From positions 339,097 through 403,096 of the forward strand of contig WELA01000984.1 in assembly GCA_009602735.1 (NCBI GenBank): a stretch of DNA of 64,000 nucleotides, read 5' to 3'. Within the stretch, counting starts at the first letter, position 1. Every line of letters begins with the position of its first letter. This DNA comes from Mesotaenium endlicherianum (taxonomy: Eukaryota). A program made the position numbers and the translations under genes. A model generated the notes under the pieces. It worked only from the letters and a program-made list of their open reading frames with translations. It did no database searches and was not told the origin of the DNA. Shown in pieces: positions 1 to 12,060 of the stretch.

Positions 1-872
1 GGGAGGGGGGAGGGAGGGGGGAGGGAGAGGAGGGGCAGCAGAGGTCAGGTTCTCAACAGGAAAACAGACGCCAGCTCACGTCAATCACCTCCCTCCCTCC
101 CTAAAGTGGAGGTCGACTTACCCGCCAGAAAAGCACGCGAGGAAAAACAGGTGCCAGCTTGTGCCAGTAGCAGCTGGAGGTTTCACATGGCACGACTCGA
201 GCTCACGCGACACACACACATGCATGACGCAGCAGCCCCCTGCCAACGACAACAGTGCCCTCAGGAGAATGTAGGAGAGAAGCTGTCCGGACAAACACTC
301 CCAATGTGTCCACGTGCCGGCAGTATACTTGCCTTTTGTCCATGTGGCGAGATAGTCGACTCAGCCCACACAGGAGAGGGGGGGGCAGGAGGAGGAGACA
401 GAGTAGGTTGGGCGCAAGCAGGCCAGAGGTTTTCCTTTTCAGAGACCGATCAAGCTGCTCTAACTGCCACAGGTTGGTGAGAGGCGCCGCACAGCCAGGA
501 GGGAGCAGTAGGGGCCAGGGCCGGGACCAGACCCGGCAATGGGAACAGCACCCTTGCACAAGGAGGAGGAATGGCATGATGCTTGCATTTCAGCATCTAC
601 TTGAGCTGCCTCACCGCTATTTCACTGAGAAGAACTCACAGAGTCATTGCACGCGCACCCGCATGCGGACACACCCGCACCCATGTACACCCACACACAC
701 AAGCACACTCACAAGCGAACGCAACTGCAGATGCATGCACAGCGCCGTGACTCGCAGAAAGCGATCGCACACTGGCCCTCCCTGAGCGGGCGGGCCAGTC
801 CACTCAAAAAAGCTTTGCGCGTGCGCGTGCACGTGCATGTGCAAGCTCTTGCGTGGTTGCTCGCTGGCTCAC

Positions 873-3800
873 CGTTGAAGAAGCCGCCGGCGCTGTGGGC
901 CGCCTGGGGGTCCTCGTAGGTGAGCACACCGTCGCCCTTGTTCTTGCCCTGCTCGTCCGTGTACAGCTTGATGTTCCACGGCCACTGGTCCTTGTACCCC
1001 CGCTTCTGCTTAATTTTTGCCACCTGGCAGGCAGTAGCGCACGCGCACACAGACACACACACGCGCGCACCCAGCCACCCACACACAAATACGTGTGAGA
1101 GGGGGAGAGGCAAGGTGTCAAAAAGGGAGGGGCCCAGGCAGCATTCACAGCCTCTGTCAGTGCCTAAAAGAACATCTGGGGCAGAGCAGATGCTTACAAG
1201 GGGATGCCATCTGGCACCCCATCCCATCCCATCGCGTCCCATCCCGACCCATCCCGTCCCATCCTGTCCAGTCCCGTCCCGTCCCGTCCCGTCCCGGCCA
1301 CACGGATCAACTTTTTACGGCACGCACTCCTCGCCCTCCCCACAGACGAAGAGAGCGAGTCAAGGGGAGGAACGGAAATTAAGGGAGGCCAGGGCTCTCC
1401 CCAACTCCACACAACAAGCTGCTGTATTGCCACCCTGTGCGACACCTGCCCCGAGCGCGGGACAGCCAGAGGACGACAGGTGGCCTCCGATTGCGTCTGA
1501 GAGGCCCTTGCTATGGTAGAGCATCATTGTGACAAGCAGTAGCACCCGAGGCGCTGTCTCCTCAGCTGTGGGGGAGTAGCCACAGGATCACTGTCCCTCA
1601 ACTGTGGGGGACTACGTAGCCACAGGATCACCCGTGCGGCTACTCTCCTGGTGACGCACGAAACCCACCCGCTTCACGCATTTCCCGCCCATTTCTGCAT
1701 TATCTGCACATGCCGCACCCCTCGTCCACCCCTGCCGCCCAGCCCAACAGCCTGGCCTCCATGGCGACAAGACGCCTTGCCCGCTTCAAACCCCCCTGAA
1801 CGCAGAGATAGGTGGCGCCAGTTCCAGCCACCTCACAAGCCGCGAAAATGCCGGCCGGCCAGCCTGCCCAGCAGCGAGCGGTCAACTTCACTCGAACGAA
1901 TGGGCGGGCAAGCAAGCGAGCAGTTGAACCAACAGGCAGGCGGACCACACGCTTGTGGGAGGGGGGGGAAAGGGGGGTGGCGGGGATGCGGGTGAGGGGG
2001 AGGTGTCCGTGGGCAATGCGGGCAGGGGGCAAGAGGGGGGAGGGAGGGGAGAGGAAAGGAAGAAGGGCAGCCGGGGGGGGCAGGAGCAGTAGCAGCAGCA
2101 GCAGTACCAGGCCGATGCCGCCAAAGAGGTCGCGGATCTCATCCGTGGTGACGTCCAGCGGCAGGTTGGAGATGTAGATGCGCGTGTTGTCGCACCCGTC
2201 GCCGCAGTTCTCGTCGCACTGCTTCACCTTGGGACCGTCGTCGGCCGCACCACCGTCGCCTGCAGGTGGAGGAGGGGGGCCCCTGTCCCCACCCCCGCCT
2301 CCATACCCACCCCCGCCTCCCCTGTCGCCGTACCCGCCTCCTCCGCCGCCGCCACCACCGCCGCGGCTGTCATATCCTCCCCTGCCGCCGCCCCCATAGC
2401 CGCCGCCGGCCGCCCCTGCACCTGCTCCTGCGGCGCCAGCTGGCTTGCCTGTCCCACATTTGTTGCACTCTTGCCTCCTAGCAAAGTTGCTGTTCCCGCA
2501 GCTGCCAGAGGAAGAATTCGGCAGTGAAAGAAAGAAACGGGTGGGAGAGAAGGGTACACTCCAGACTTCCGTCAGTTACAAAAGCGAGACACACGCGGCG
2601 ACTTGCTCTCATCCAACGTGTGAGCAATAGCCCAGTAAGCCCAGATTCCCCCAGGCCACTCCCTTCCTGGGACCATGGTTGGGGTGGTGCTTGGGGGGAT
2701 GAAGACAAGTGGCTGCTTCTGGCAAAAAGGGTGGCCGTCAGCCCTCTCTAAGAAGGAAAGGGGCCGACAGGCAAAGGTGCACACAGTATGTCTGCAAGGG
2801 GACCAGACTTGTGAGAACATAGGTAGTGCCAGCACAAGAAATTGACGCAGATAAGGAAATGCTCGTGGCGTCCCTAAGGGCTCGCATTCTTCCATCTCCC
2901 AACACTGTACGGTCATTCATGCTCGCACGCCTCTGTTTTAGTGCACTGCCTCGTGCCTCCTCAGTAGCTACACCACTTCGGGACTGCCTCCTCCTAAAAA
3001 GTTAACGTATTAGAAGGTTCTGAGAAGGTTATGAGCTTATTAGAAGGTTAGGAGTAGTGCAATGTTCACTGATGACGAGGGACGACGCAACTGCCTTCCA
3101 GCTGTTCGCAGCGCTCTCCATGTCCCTCTTCCCCACATGAAGCTCCCGGCATTCAAGATGAAGAACTTGCTAGGACCCGGGGCCACACGATGCGACCTGT
3201 GGCGTAAGATGCTTGCGTCCAACGTGGACAGACAAGCACACAAACACGCGAGGGACAATTCCTACTCTTTCATCTCTTAAATATCATCACTCGCGGACGA
3301 GACATTACCCGTGGAAAAAAAAGCAACAAGAAGACCATCAATCACACAAAAGGGAGAGGGCAGTGATAAGGCCATCTATCTACCAAGATGTGATTTTTAG
3401 TGGGCTGGGGAAGGATCCAAGGCATTACCCAGGGTTTGGGCAGAGCCAGTCACCATCTCTGCCCCCACCTCCCCCTGGGGGACCTCCTCCGCCCCCGGCC
3501 CCACCATATCCACCTCCTCCTACGGCACCACCAGGCTTAGGTGTCTGACATCTGTTGCACTCTGAGCGCCGGGCAAAATTGGAGTTGCCACAGCTGGACA
3601 TCAACACAACATCAGACCAAGGGTGGGTTCACGTGCCAGCTCAGCATGACTGGCATGTACATGACTTTGCTTGCTTTGCTGCTTTGCCCTAAAACCCTGG
3701 AAAGGTCTTCGAGTTGACATGATGAAGGACCAGAGCTGTGGCCTGATGGCCTGAAGAGACCTCAAAAAAATTCTACTTATCGCGGGCTAAACCCTGTCAC

Positions 3801-4658
3801 CAGATCCTCCTAACACCCTAAAAAGATTGTAAGTAAGATCTCAAATTAAAAAGAAACACTCTGAAGTGATTGTAACGAATTGTTGTGTGCTAGGAACATA
3901 AAGAAGGGGGCGCAGAAAAGACGGTCAGCCTTAGAAACAGAGGGAGGGAAGCCTTACGTCTACACTACATATTAAAAAGAGCAGGTGAAGCTGACGGGAT
4001 TGTCATGAGGCAGCAAGGATCAGGATGCCCGTCATTGATCACTGCAAGCTCTCGTCATGGCTAGTCCCAGGGAGTAAATTACAAGAAAGATCATTAAGCG
4101 CTCTGATGTTCTTGCGGATGATTTACCAGCAAGAAGGGGCACATCATCATACCAGCACGTCTTTTCCTGACAGCTACGGTGAAGCTAACAAGAAGTCAAG
4201 CAATAAACAATATACCCTGGGTTAGGGCACATCCAGTCCCCTTCGCGGTCGCTGCCACGTCCTCCACCACCACCGTAACCACCTGATAATCCGATGCCAC
4301 CAACCACCAGTGACCATGCTCAAGGCCACATGCAGAATCATGACGACATGCTAAAGAGCCTAACTTCCAACAATTCTCAACAAGAGCGATGCCTACTGAT
4401 ATGGAAGCCCTCAGCTCAGGGGCATCGAACAACTAACTCAAGAGAGAGTTTAAGCTGGGAAGACAAAGTCCCAAAGATAGAAAGAGTCAAGTAGCTTGTC
4501 TCACCTCCTCCTCCTCCTCCTCCTCCTCCTCTACCTCCACCACCTCCGCCATAACCTCCTCCACCGTTGTAGCTGTCGCCTCCGCCTGGACCACGCCCAT
4601 ATCCAACGCCTCCGCCATCATAACCACCATAGCCTCCACCACCGCCATAGCCTGCCAT
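873..4658 (-). CDS. TAF15b: TAF15b-like FET-family RNA-binding protein (Gly/RGG-rich, two RanBP2 zinc fingers, RRM); 3'-partial, continues past window start
   Basis: GT-AG exons with consistent phases: 4658-4505, 4282-4216, 3593-3429, 2501-2108, 1023-873. They encode REGDWMCPNPG|CGNSNFARRSECNRC, RDGDWLCPNPG|CGNSNFARRQECNKC and KVKQCDENCGDGCDNTRIYISNLPLDVTTDEIRDLFGGIGL|VAKIKQKRGYKDQWPWNIKLY...AAHSAGGFFN, nearly identical to the plant TAF15b RRM. Confidence 0.93.
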
Positions 4659-5590
4659 ACTAGGATTAGAGTCGGCAGACTGCGTGTAAGAGCAAGCAAC
4701 TTTACTTTTACACTAAGTTTATCATGAGCTGCATGAGCTGAGCTGATCTGATATGATCTGAAGAGATGATCAGTAACAATTATCAGAGGCCTCGGTTTGC
4801 TCGGCGTAACAAGTCCCGTCGACTTGATCGTGTTAAGCAACGCTAAGTCAAACAGATACAACGTTAGGAAAACTAACGGCCTGCTAACGGCTGTCATAAT
4901 GGCAGTAGAAAAGCTGGGTAGTAAGTACGAAAGTGTACGAAACAGGTAGAAGCAGCAATGAAGCAAGCGCAAATGCTCCGCTGACGAAACCGTTCGATTC
5001 ATATGATCCAGCATTGGTCATCAATCAAATACCGTGCCCGACCAGTTTTCCCCCCATTGCCTTCAACATATTGAAATTTTGGCGCCCTTTCGAAAGAAAT
5101 GTTGCCAAAAAGGCGGGATGTTAGTAATCGGACGGGCATTGTTGAGATTCTCCAGACGCGCGGAGAGACTCGAGTCTTGGCTGTACAATCAGTACGAACA
5201 GAGCTGTCGTGATCCGGACGGTCTTGTGGTTCAGTTCTCTCACTCGCGAGTCGCACCCTGAAGCCTCATAATATAAGCACATGGCATACATCATTGTCTC
5301 GCGCCTTATACTAGTTCTTGCTAATTTGTCAAAGCGTTACCTTTAGATGCCCAATAAGTTTTCAGTCTGCTACAGATTGCCCGGGCGGTGCCAGCCTTGA
5401 AAGGACGCAGAGCGCCAAGGCATTTGCATGGTTTCTGCATTGTTCTGCCCTGAGTTGTAGCCCCTTGAATCCCTTCGCAAGAGTTTGTTGTCACTCAACA
5501 AAATGTTGGCGTCGAGCCTTTAGTATCATTGTGAGCTGATACAGTTCCTTCCTTGTGTTTCAACTTGTGTCCTGCTCGCTCAGAAGCAGA
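4659..5590. promoter_or_regulatory. Divergent (bidirectional) promoter region between TAF15b and ATXR5/6, with an E2F-like site and two MSA-like elements
   Basis: Head-to-head ATGs at 4658(-) and 5591(+). TTTGGCGC at 5078-5085; CTAACGGC at 4873-4880 and 4884-4891. Confidence 0.55.
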
Positions 5591-8500
5591 ATGGGGGCGA
5601 CAGCTAAACGAAAGCCACTCTCGAGCATTTTTGACAGCCCAGATTGCCGAAAGGAGATGCTCAAAGTGAGAGCATTGGATGACGTAATGCAGCTGGACTT
5701 AAAGCGGCAGAAGAGTAGCAATACAAAGGTCATTGCTCCGGGGTCGTACAAGCCTGGAAATAAACATGGAAAAGAGGATCTCAGCAGCTCGCCTTCTCCT
5801 GCTGGAAGTCAAAATAAATGCTCATTAAGGGAGTGCAGAGAATCCTCTAGAAGCTACAGGCAACCTTCAAAGTACTTCCGGCGACAGAATTCTCCACAGG
5901 TTAGTCTACTTTCCTGTCATGCCTGTGACATAAGAGGCGTCAAACGCCGTACCCGTCCTTGTATCGGTTGCTATATCGTTGAATGCTCGACTGCCTGACT
6001 CAGTCATTTGTTTGTAGCGGTGCCTTTACTAGCATATATCCAGCAATTACATAGATTTTCGAGGGAAGAGCTGCTTTCAATGTACATATTGTGCATGCAG
6101 AAAATATGAGATGTCCGGGCAGAGGTCAGCAGGACTTTCATGACCATTGCTACTAGTACGGGAATGCCTGAGTGTATACCCCTCCCAATAATGCCTGCCT
6201 TTACAAAAAGACTGACCCTGAAGGTAGTCAACCCAACCTTTGACGACCTCATTCCAGTCTGAGACCTTTACTAAATCCAGCTGACCCTTGTGGCTGGTCG
6301 TGCAGCAGCAGGGGTCTGCTTCAGGGGACACATCCAAAAGCCCCCCAACCGAGAGTTCTGAGGCAGCAGGGGACAGGGAGACAAAGGACAGGGAGACATC
6401 CCCAAGCTCCTGCCTGGAGCAGAGCAGAGGGGAGGAGGAGGAGGAGTACGACTTTGAGGACTTGAAGTGCGGAGTCTGCAGCAGAGGAGACGGGGAGGAC
6501 CAAATGCTGATATGCGACACCTGCGACTCAGGCTTCCACATGTTCTGCCTCAGGCCCATCCTGGTCGCGGTCCCAAAAGGGAGCTGGCTGTGCCCTGGAT
6601 GCTCACGGGCTCCCAAAGTCAAAGGTAAAGAGGATACTGCTCTCTCTTATCGGGCCTCATCTGTTGAGTTGGCATAACAATTGGCTTGCAGACTAGGAAA
6701 GTCCGTTCCTCCGCCTGTCGCTTCAGACTGTCGCTCCAGCCTGTCACTGCAGGCTGTCACTTCAGGCTGTCACTTCAGACTGTCAATTGTAGAAGCGGAG
6801 CGGCACTCCTTCCTTAAGATGGACGATAGGACGGTCAAAGGGAAAGTGCAGATTTCGGGCTGTCGCTCGTCAAGAGGCTGAGATGCGGAGGAGCAGCACA
6901 TTGATGTGTTCTGAAATGTAACCAGGCCGGTGGCTCGGGCTTTGGCCAGGGGAGGTGGATCCACCGGCTGAGGCCGGGTTCTTGGCAGAGGACTAACGAT
7001 TTGACTAGGCTTTTGTAAGAAAGGCAGGAAAGGCAGGAATTTGACTAACTTTCACGTTTGTAAGAGGTCCAGTCTTTACTGTACCGTAGCCACGTCGCGA
7101 CTGCCACGTGAGTGCTCGCACACTCTGCAGTGTCTCTGGAGCCATGGCCCCCGATACGGATGGTCGTGCTGCAACTCGTCGGGCAGCCAGCTCACACTGC
7201 GGCCCGCGATGTGCGTGCAGAGTTTCCACTCGTGCAGAAGAAGATCGTCGACTTCTTCCGCATCGAGAAGCCCCTCGGAGAATGCCCAGGTTCACATCTC
7301 CTCCTCTTTCAAACAAACTCCCCCCTCCCCCTGCCTCCCCCTCCCNNNNNNNNNNNNNNNNNNNNNNNNNNNNNNNNNNNNNNNNNNNNNNNNNNNNNNN
7401 NNNNNNNNNNNNNNNNNNNNNNNNNNNNNNNNNNNNNNNNNNNNNNNNNNNNNNNNNNNNNNNNNNNNNNNNNNNNNNNNNNNNNNNNNNNNNNNNNNNN
7501 NNNNNNNNNNNNNNNNNNNNNNNNNNNNNNNNNNNNNNNNNCCCCCCTCCCCCCTCGCCTGCCTGCACACACAGCTCAGCCACACGCCTGGCCAAAACCC
7601 CGTCCCTGATCTATTCTTGTGAAGCTTCCAGAGTCGCCACCTTGTCCATCGTATCACCCTTCCAGACGTCACCAAGTGCTACAGACGTGTGTTCTGCTTT
7701 CACCTGGGGACAGCTGCAGATACCTTATGCCTGAGTCCGGCGCCCTCCATGTCTGCAACTTTTGTGAATGTCCTGTTGACGCACGTGGGGGCGGCTCGGA
7801 AGGGAAGAACCTCAAACAGGGAAGAGGAGGGTCAACTGTGCTGTGCAGAGCAGGCCAGCTCCGGTCGAACACCATGCTTGTCTAGTAGTCTCTCCGCCTC
7901 CCTTCATTATGCTCCGTGCACTCTCTTTACCTCCCTCCATTGTGCTTCGTGCACTTTGCGTGTGGCGGGAGCCATGATTTACTCAAATTGCTGAGCGCGC
8001 AAGCGAAGCCATACTTGAAGCACGCCGCAGCCAGAAGGGGGATGCGAGAAGTGATGCGAAAGAACTGATGGGAGAACCAATGCAAGAAGCGATGCGAGCA
8101 AGCAGGACGCAAAAATCCAAATGTCTTCCTGTGGGGGGGGGGGGGGGGGGGGGNNNNNNNNNNNNNNNNNNNNNNNNNNNNNNNNNNNNNNNNNNNNNNN
8201 NNNNNNTCTTCCCACCGGGGGTGCAACCTTCAGCCCCAGATCTGCAGCAAGCAGGCTTGCACATCTGCAGCCCACCTTCTTCTTTGGCTGCTGACCGGGC
8301 TCCCGTGCTGCCCCCCCCCCCGCGCCTGCAGGATGGCGGAAGAGGCGACGGGCAAACGGGGGGCTGACACGCGCCAAGAAGAGCCGCAACCTCGTGCCCC
8401 ACAGGCCGTCAGCCGACCCCAAGAGGCGGCTGCACCAGATGGCGTCCCTGGCGACAGCGCTGACCTCGCTGGGGGCATCCTTCTGCGACGAGCTTCACTA

Positions 8501-10968
8501 CATGGAAATGGTGCCGCGCTCCCTCAACCGGGCGGCGCGCGAGCCAGGTGGCATGCAGGTACTGGCCCCGGGCTCCGGACCGACTCCTGACTGGCTCCGG
8601 CTCCGGCTCCACCTTTGGCGCTGGCTCCGGCTCCAGCTCCGGCTCCGGCTCCGGCTCCGGCTCCTGATGCTTGTCTAGTTGAGCTGCCGCGCTGCTGCGC
8701 TGACTTCGGATCTTCTGACTCGCTGTCGGAAGCCCACCGAGAGTGTGAACGTCCGAGGACCCATCACTTATGTACGGGTTCTTGTCCATCGTCAATTCGG
8801 TGTCGTCTCTCACTAGCCATACGTGTGACGCGGGTCCTGTTCTCCCATCTCTCCGTGCCTCTTCCTCGCCTCTTCCAAACCTAACCCAACCCTGCCTCCT
8901 GCCTCCTGCCTCCTGCCTCTTGCCCCAAACCTCAGGGAGGATCATGATGATCGAGTGAGCCCTCGTTTCATATTGTCCTGCCGTCGAGGGTGGAGCTCAT
9001 CACGACGAGCTGGAAGATCAGCAGAAAGCTTGAGCTGCCCCCTCTGCAGCCATGGCTGCTCCCCCGTTGGCTCATGCTGCAGAGCCTGGCTCAGACTGTA
9101 GGGGGCAGAGATGCCAGCTTCTGCAGATGGTCGAAAAATAGTATAAGGAAAGAGTCACAGCAGGTGCCGCTTTTCGTAGCAGACGGCTTCTAGCACTCGG
9201 AGGTGGGCTAGCTCGACGACATCTCCGAAAGGAAAGCAACCAACTGCCCCCCCTCCCACCCCCCCCCCACCNNNNNNNNNNNNNNNNNNNNNNNNNNNNN
9301 NNNNNNNNNNNNNNNNNNNNNNNNNNNNNNNNNNNNNNNNNNNNNNNNNNNNNNNNNNNNNNNNNNNNNNNNNNNNNNNNNNNNNNNNNNNNNNNNNNNN
9401 NNNNNNNNNNNNNNNNNNNNNNNNNNNNNNNNNNNNNNNNNNNNNNNNNNNNNNNNNNNNNNNNNNNNNNNNNNNNNNNNNNNNNNNNNNNNNNNNNNNN
9501 NNNNNNNNNNNNNNNNNNNNNNNNNNNNNNNNNNNNNNNNNNNNNNNNNNNNNNNNNNNNNNNNNNNNNNNNNNCCCCCCCCCCCCCCTCCTCGCACTCC
9601 TTCTCCACCCATCTGCTCCTGTTCCCTCCCCTCCCCTCCCCTTTCCTCCCCTTGCACCCCCACACCTGCCCCTCGTTTCTTGATCCCTGTGCGAGGGCTG
9701 CTTAATTTCCAGGCGTGCTGAGGACTGCTAAGGTCCAACAGTCTCCCTCTCTGCCTGCCTGCGTGCCTGCCTCCGACGCCTTCAGGGCAGCATGCGTTGC
9801 CATCAGCAAAGCAGGGGGGTAAGATCGACGACGAGACATGGCACGCACGGGCGACGGCCGCAATCTCGCATGCGTTTGGGACGGGCTGGTGTTGTCTGGG
9901 GGAGACTTGCGGTGGAGCGGGGGGACCAAGAGGAGAGGGAAGCACGCAAGAGGTGGAAGCCGGGGTCGTGCAACTTCTTCCCTCACTGCTGGGCATCGTC
10001 GCCGGAGCCGGGCCCTACTCCGTGTCTCCTCAAGCCTCTCACACCATTTAATCCCTGAGAAAGAGCGCCAGAGACTTCACGCACGCAGGCTTGGATGTGG
10101 CGAGGGGTTGGAGCGCTGCTGGTGGGTGCTCTCGTTGGGAAGGAGGGCGGCCCGGTGGGGGCAATGCAGCAAGCAGTGCCCTCAAGCCTGGGCGTCACCT
10201 ATCTGTGCCGGGCAATGGGCCCGCACAAGGGGGAGGGGAGGGGCAGAGAGGGACACCACGAGGTGCAGTGGGTGCCCCTGCAGCGTACGGGGCTACCCTT
10301 GAAGTTTATGACGACAACCATCTCGCTTGCGAGTGAGAGAAGTCAAAGTATGTTGCTTGGCTGGTCTTATAGTCAATGACACTTCCTTCCTCCCTCTCTC
10401 TGTCCCCCTTTCTCTTCCCCCCCCTCCCCCTCTGCCAACCCCTCCCTCTGCTCCTCTCACCTTTCCCCCTCTCGCCCTCCGTCTCCCTCCTCTTGACCTC
10501 CCTCGCTCTCCCCTTCCCTCGCTCCCCCCTTCCCTCCCTCTCTCAGCCCGTAAGCGTGAGAGCGCGCGTGTGTGTGGCGCCTGACAGACACCTGTGCGTG
10601 GCCCTCGCCGTGGCAGGTTCGTTGTGGAGGCCGACGATCCGATTGCGGACCTGACCATCATCGCCGAGTACACGGGACAGGTGGAGCTCCTGGAGAGCCG
10701 CCAGAGGGAGCCCTGCGACGCCATGATGGGGCTGCTCTCCCCCGGCCCCTCCCACATGGAGCTCGTCATCTGCCCCGACCGCTACGCCAACATCGCCCGC
10801 TTCATCTCGGGCATCAACAACCACTCCAGGTACCTTCTTACGCGAGCGCCAGAGCAGAGTTTGTCTCACGGAGAGTCTCTCTCCCCCTCCCCCCCCCTTC
10901 CACTTTGCCAGGGGTGCGCACGAAACCGGGTTCCAGCGCCTGTGCCTGTGTTCGTGTGTGTGTGTGCG

Positions 10969-11040
<72 letters not shown>

Positions 11041-12060
11041 NGTGTGTGTGTGTGTATGTGTGCGCGTGTATGCGTGCGTGTGCTTATGAGTGTGCGTATG
11101 CTTGCGTGTGTGTGTCCGTGTAGTGCGTGTGTGTGTGTGTGCGTGCGCATGCGTGGATGTGTGCGTGTGCGCGCCTGCGCGTGTGCTTGTGATGCCGTCA
11201 CTTCTGAGGGCTGTCATCGTTGCGGAGGGCAAGGTGCTGCCGCCACGCCTGCATCTTGCGCGAGGCTCTGGAACGCTTGCTGGTTGCCTCCTTGCTAGGG
11301 GTCTGGGGTTAGGGGCGTGCTCTGGCTGAAAAGGCCAAAGGCGAGCTCGCATAGAGCCCTTGACCCGGCAGCGTGGTACGGGTGGCTGTCATGCTCCTCC
11401 TTGTCGCCTGCTTGGGTTCAGTGGGTCTCCCCTTCTCCTGGCAGCAGCTCCCAGCTGTTCCAGGAACTACACATCGGGGCTACCTTGAGGTACCTTGAGC
11501 CCCCTTGCCTGCGATGTGTCGCTTTGGCCCGCACCAGCTCCGCACACTGGCACACGCACGCGCTGGCAGCAGCGGCTGTGGGGCTGCCCACACTCAGGCT
11601 TGCTTGCCAGACGGCTTCCTGGCGGGCATTGCCCATGTAGGCGGGGACTCTCTGATACAGGTAGGTGTCAGACAAACGTGACGTGCTCCCTGAGGTCCTA
11701 CCAGACAAGGGAGAGAGACGAAGAGAGAGAGAGAGAGTGGAAGAGAGAGAGGGGGAGGTTTTGGGCTTGATCGAGTGTTGGGTGTGGGCTGGATGATAGT
11801 GGCAATGGTGGTTGAAAGCTCAGGAAGAGTGTGTGTTTGAGAATGCTGATGGTGGCTACGTGCGGAAGGGTGCGTGTACGTGCGTGCACGTGTGCTGCAG
11901 GGGTGCACGGAAGAAGATCAACGTGCGCAGCATCCGGTTCGACGTCAGCGGCGAGGCGCGGGCGCTCCTGGTGGCCGTGAGAGACATCCGGCGGGGCGAG
12001 CGCCTCTACTACGACTACAACGGCCTCGACCACGACTACCCCACCCACTACTTCGACTGA
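5591..12060 (+). CDS. ATXR6: ATXR5/ATXR6-like histone H3K27 monomethyltransferase (PHD finger, PIP box, SET domain)
   Basis: Exons 5591-5899, 6306-6624 (PHD: CGVC...LICDTCDSGFHMFCLRPILVAVPKGSWLCPGC), 7221-7289 (PIP box QKKIVDFF), 8332-8558 (RRLHQMASLATAL...EPGGMQ), one exon missing (probably in the 9272-9574 gap), 10617-10829 (FVVEAD...AEYTG...NIARFISGINNH) and 11901-12060 (RDIRRGERLYYDYNG...YPTHYF*). ATXR5 versus ATXR6 cannot be resolved; the first exon is the least certain. Confidence 0.92.
8592..8663 (+). repeat. Intronic hexamer tandem repeat (GGCTCC)n
   Basis: About 11 imperfect GGCTCC units just after the 8558 splice donor. Confidence 0.85.
10954..11190 (+). repeat. Intronic (GT)n microsatellite with degenerate GT/GC tail
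   Basis: Long pure TG run at about 10970-11055, then imperfect repeats. Confidence 0.95.

Noticed and set aside
10195..10320. LCRAM-containing frame as the missing ATXR exon
   Set aside because: No PPL/EG motif and no compatible splice sites found.
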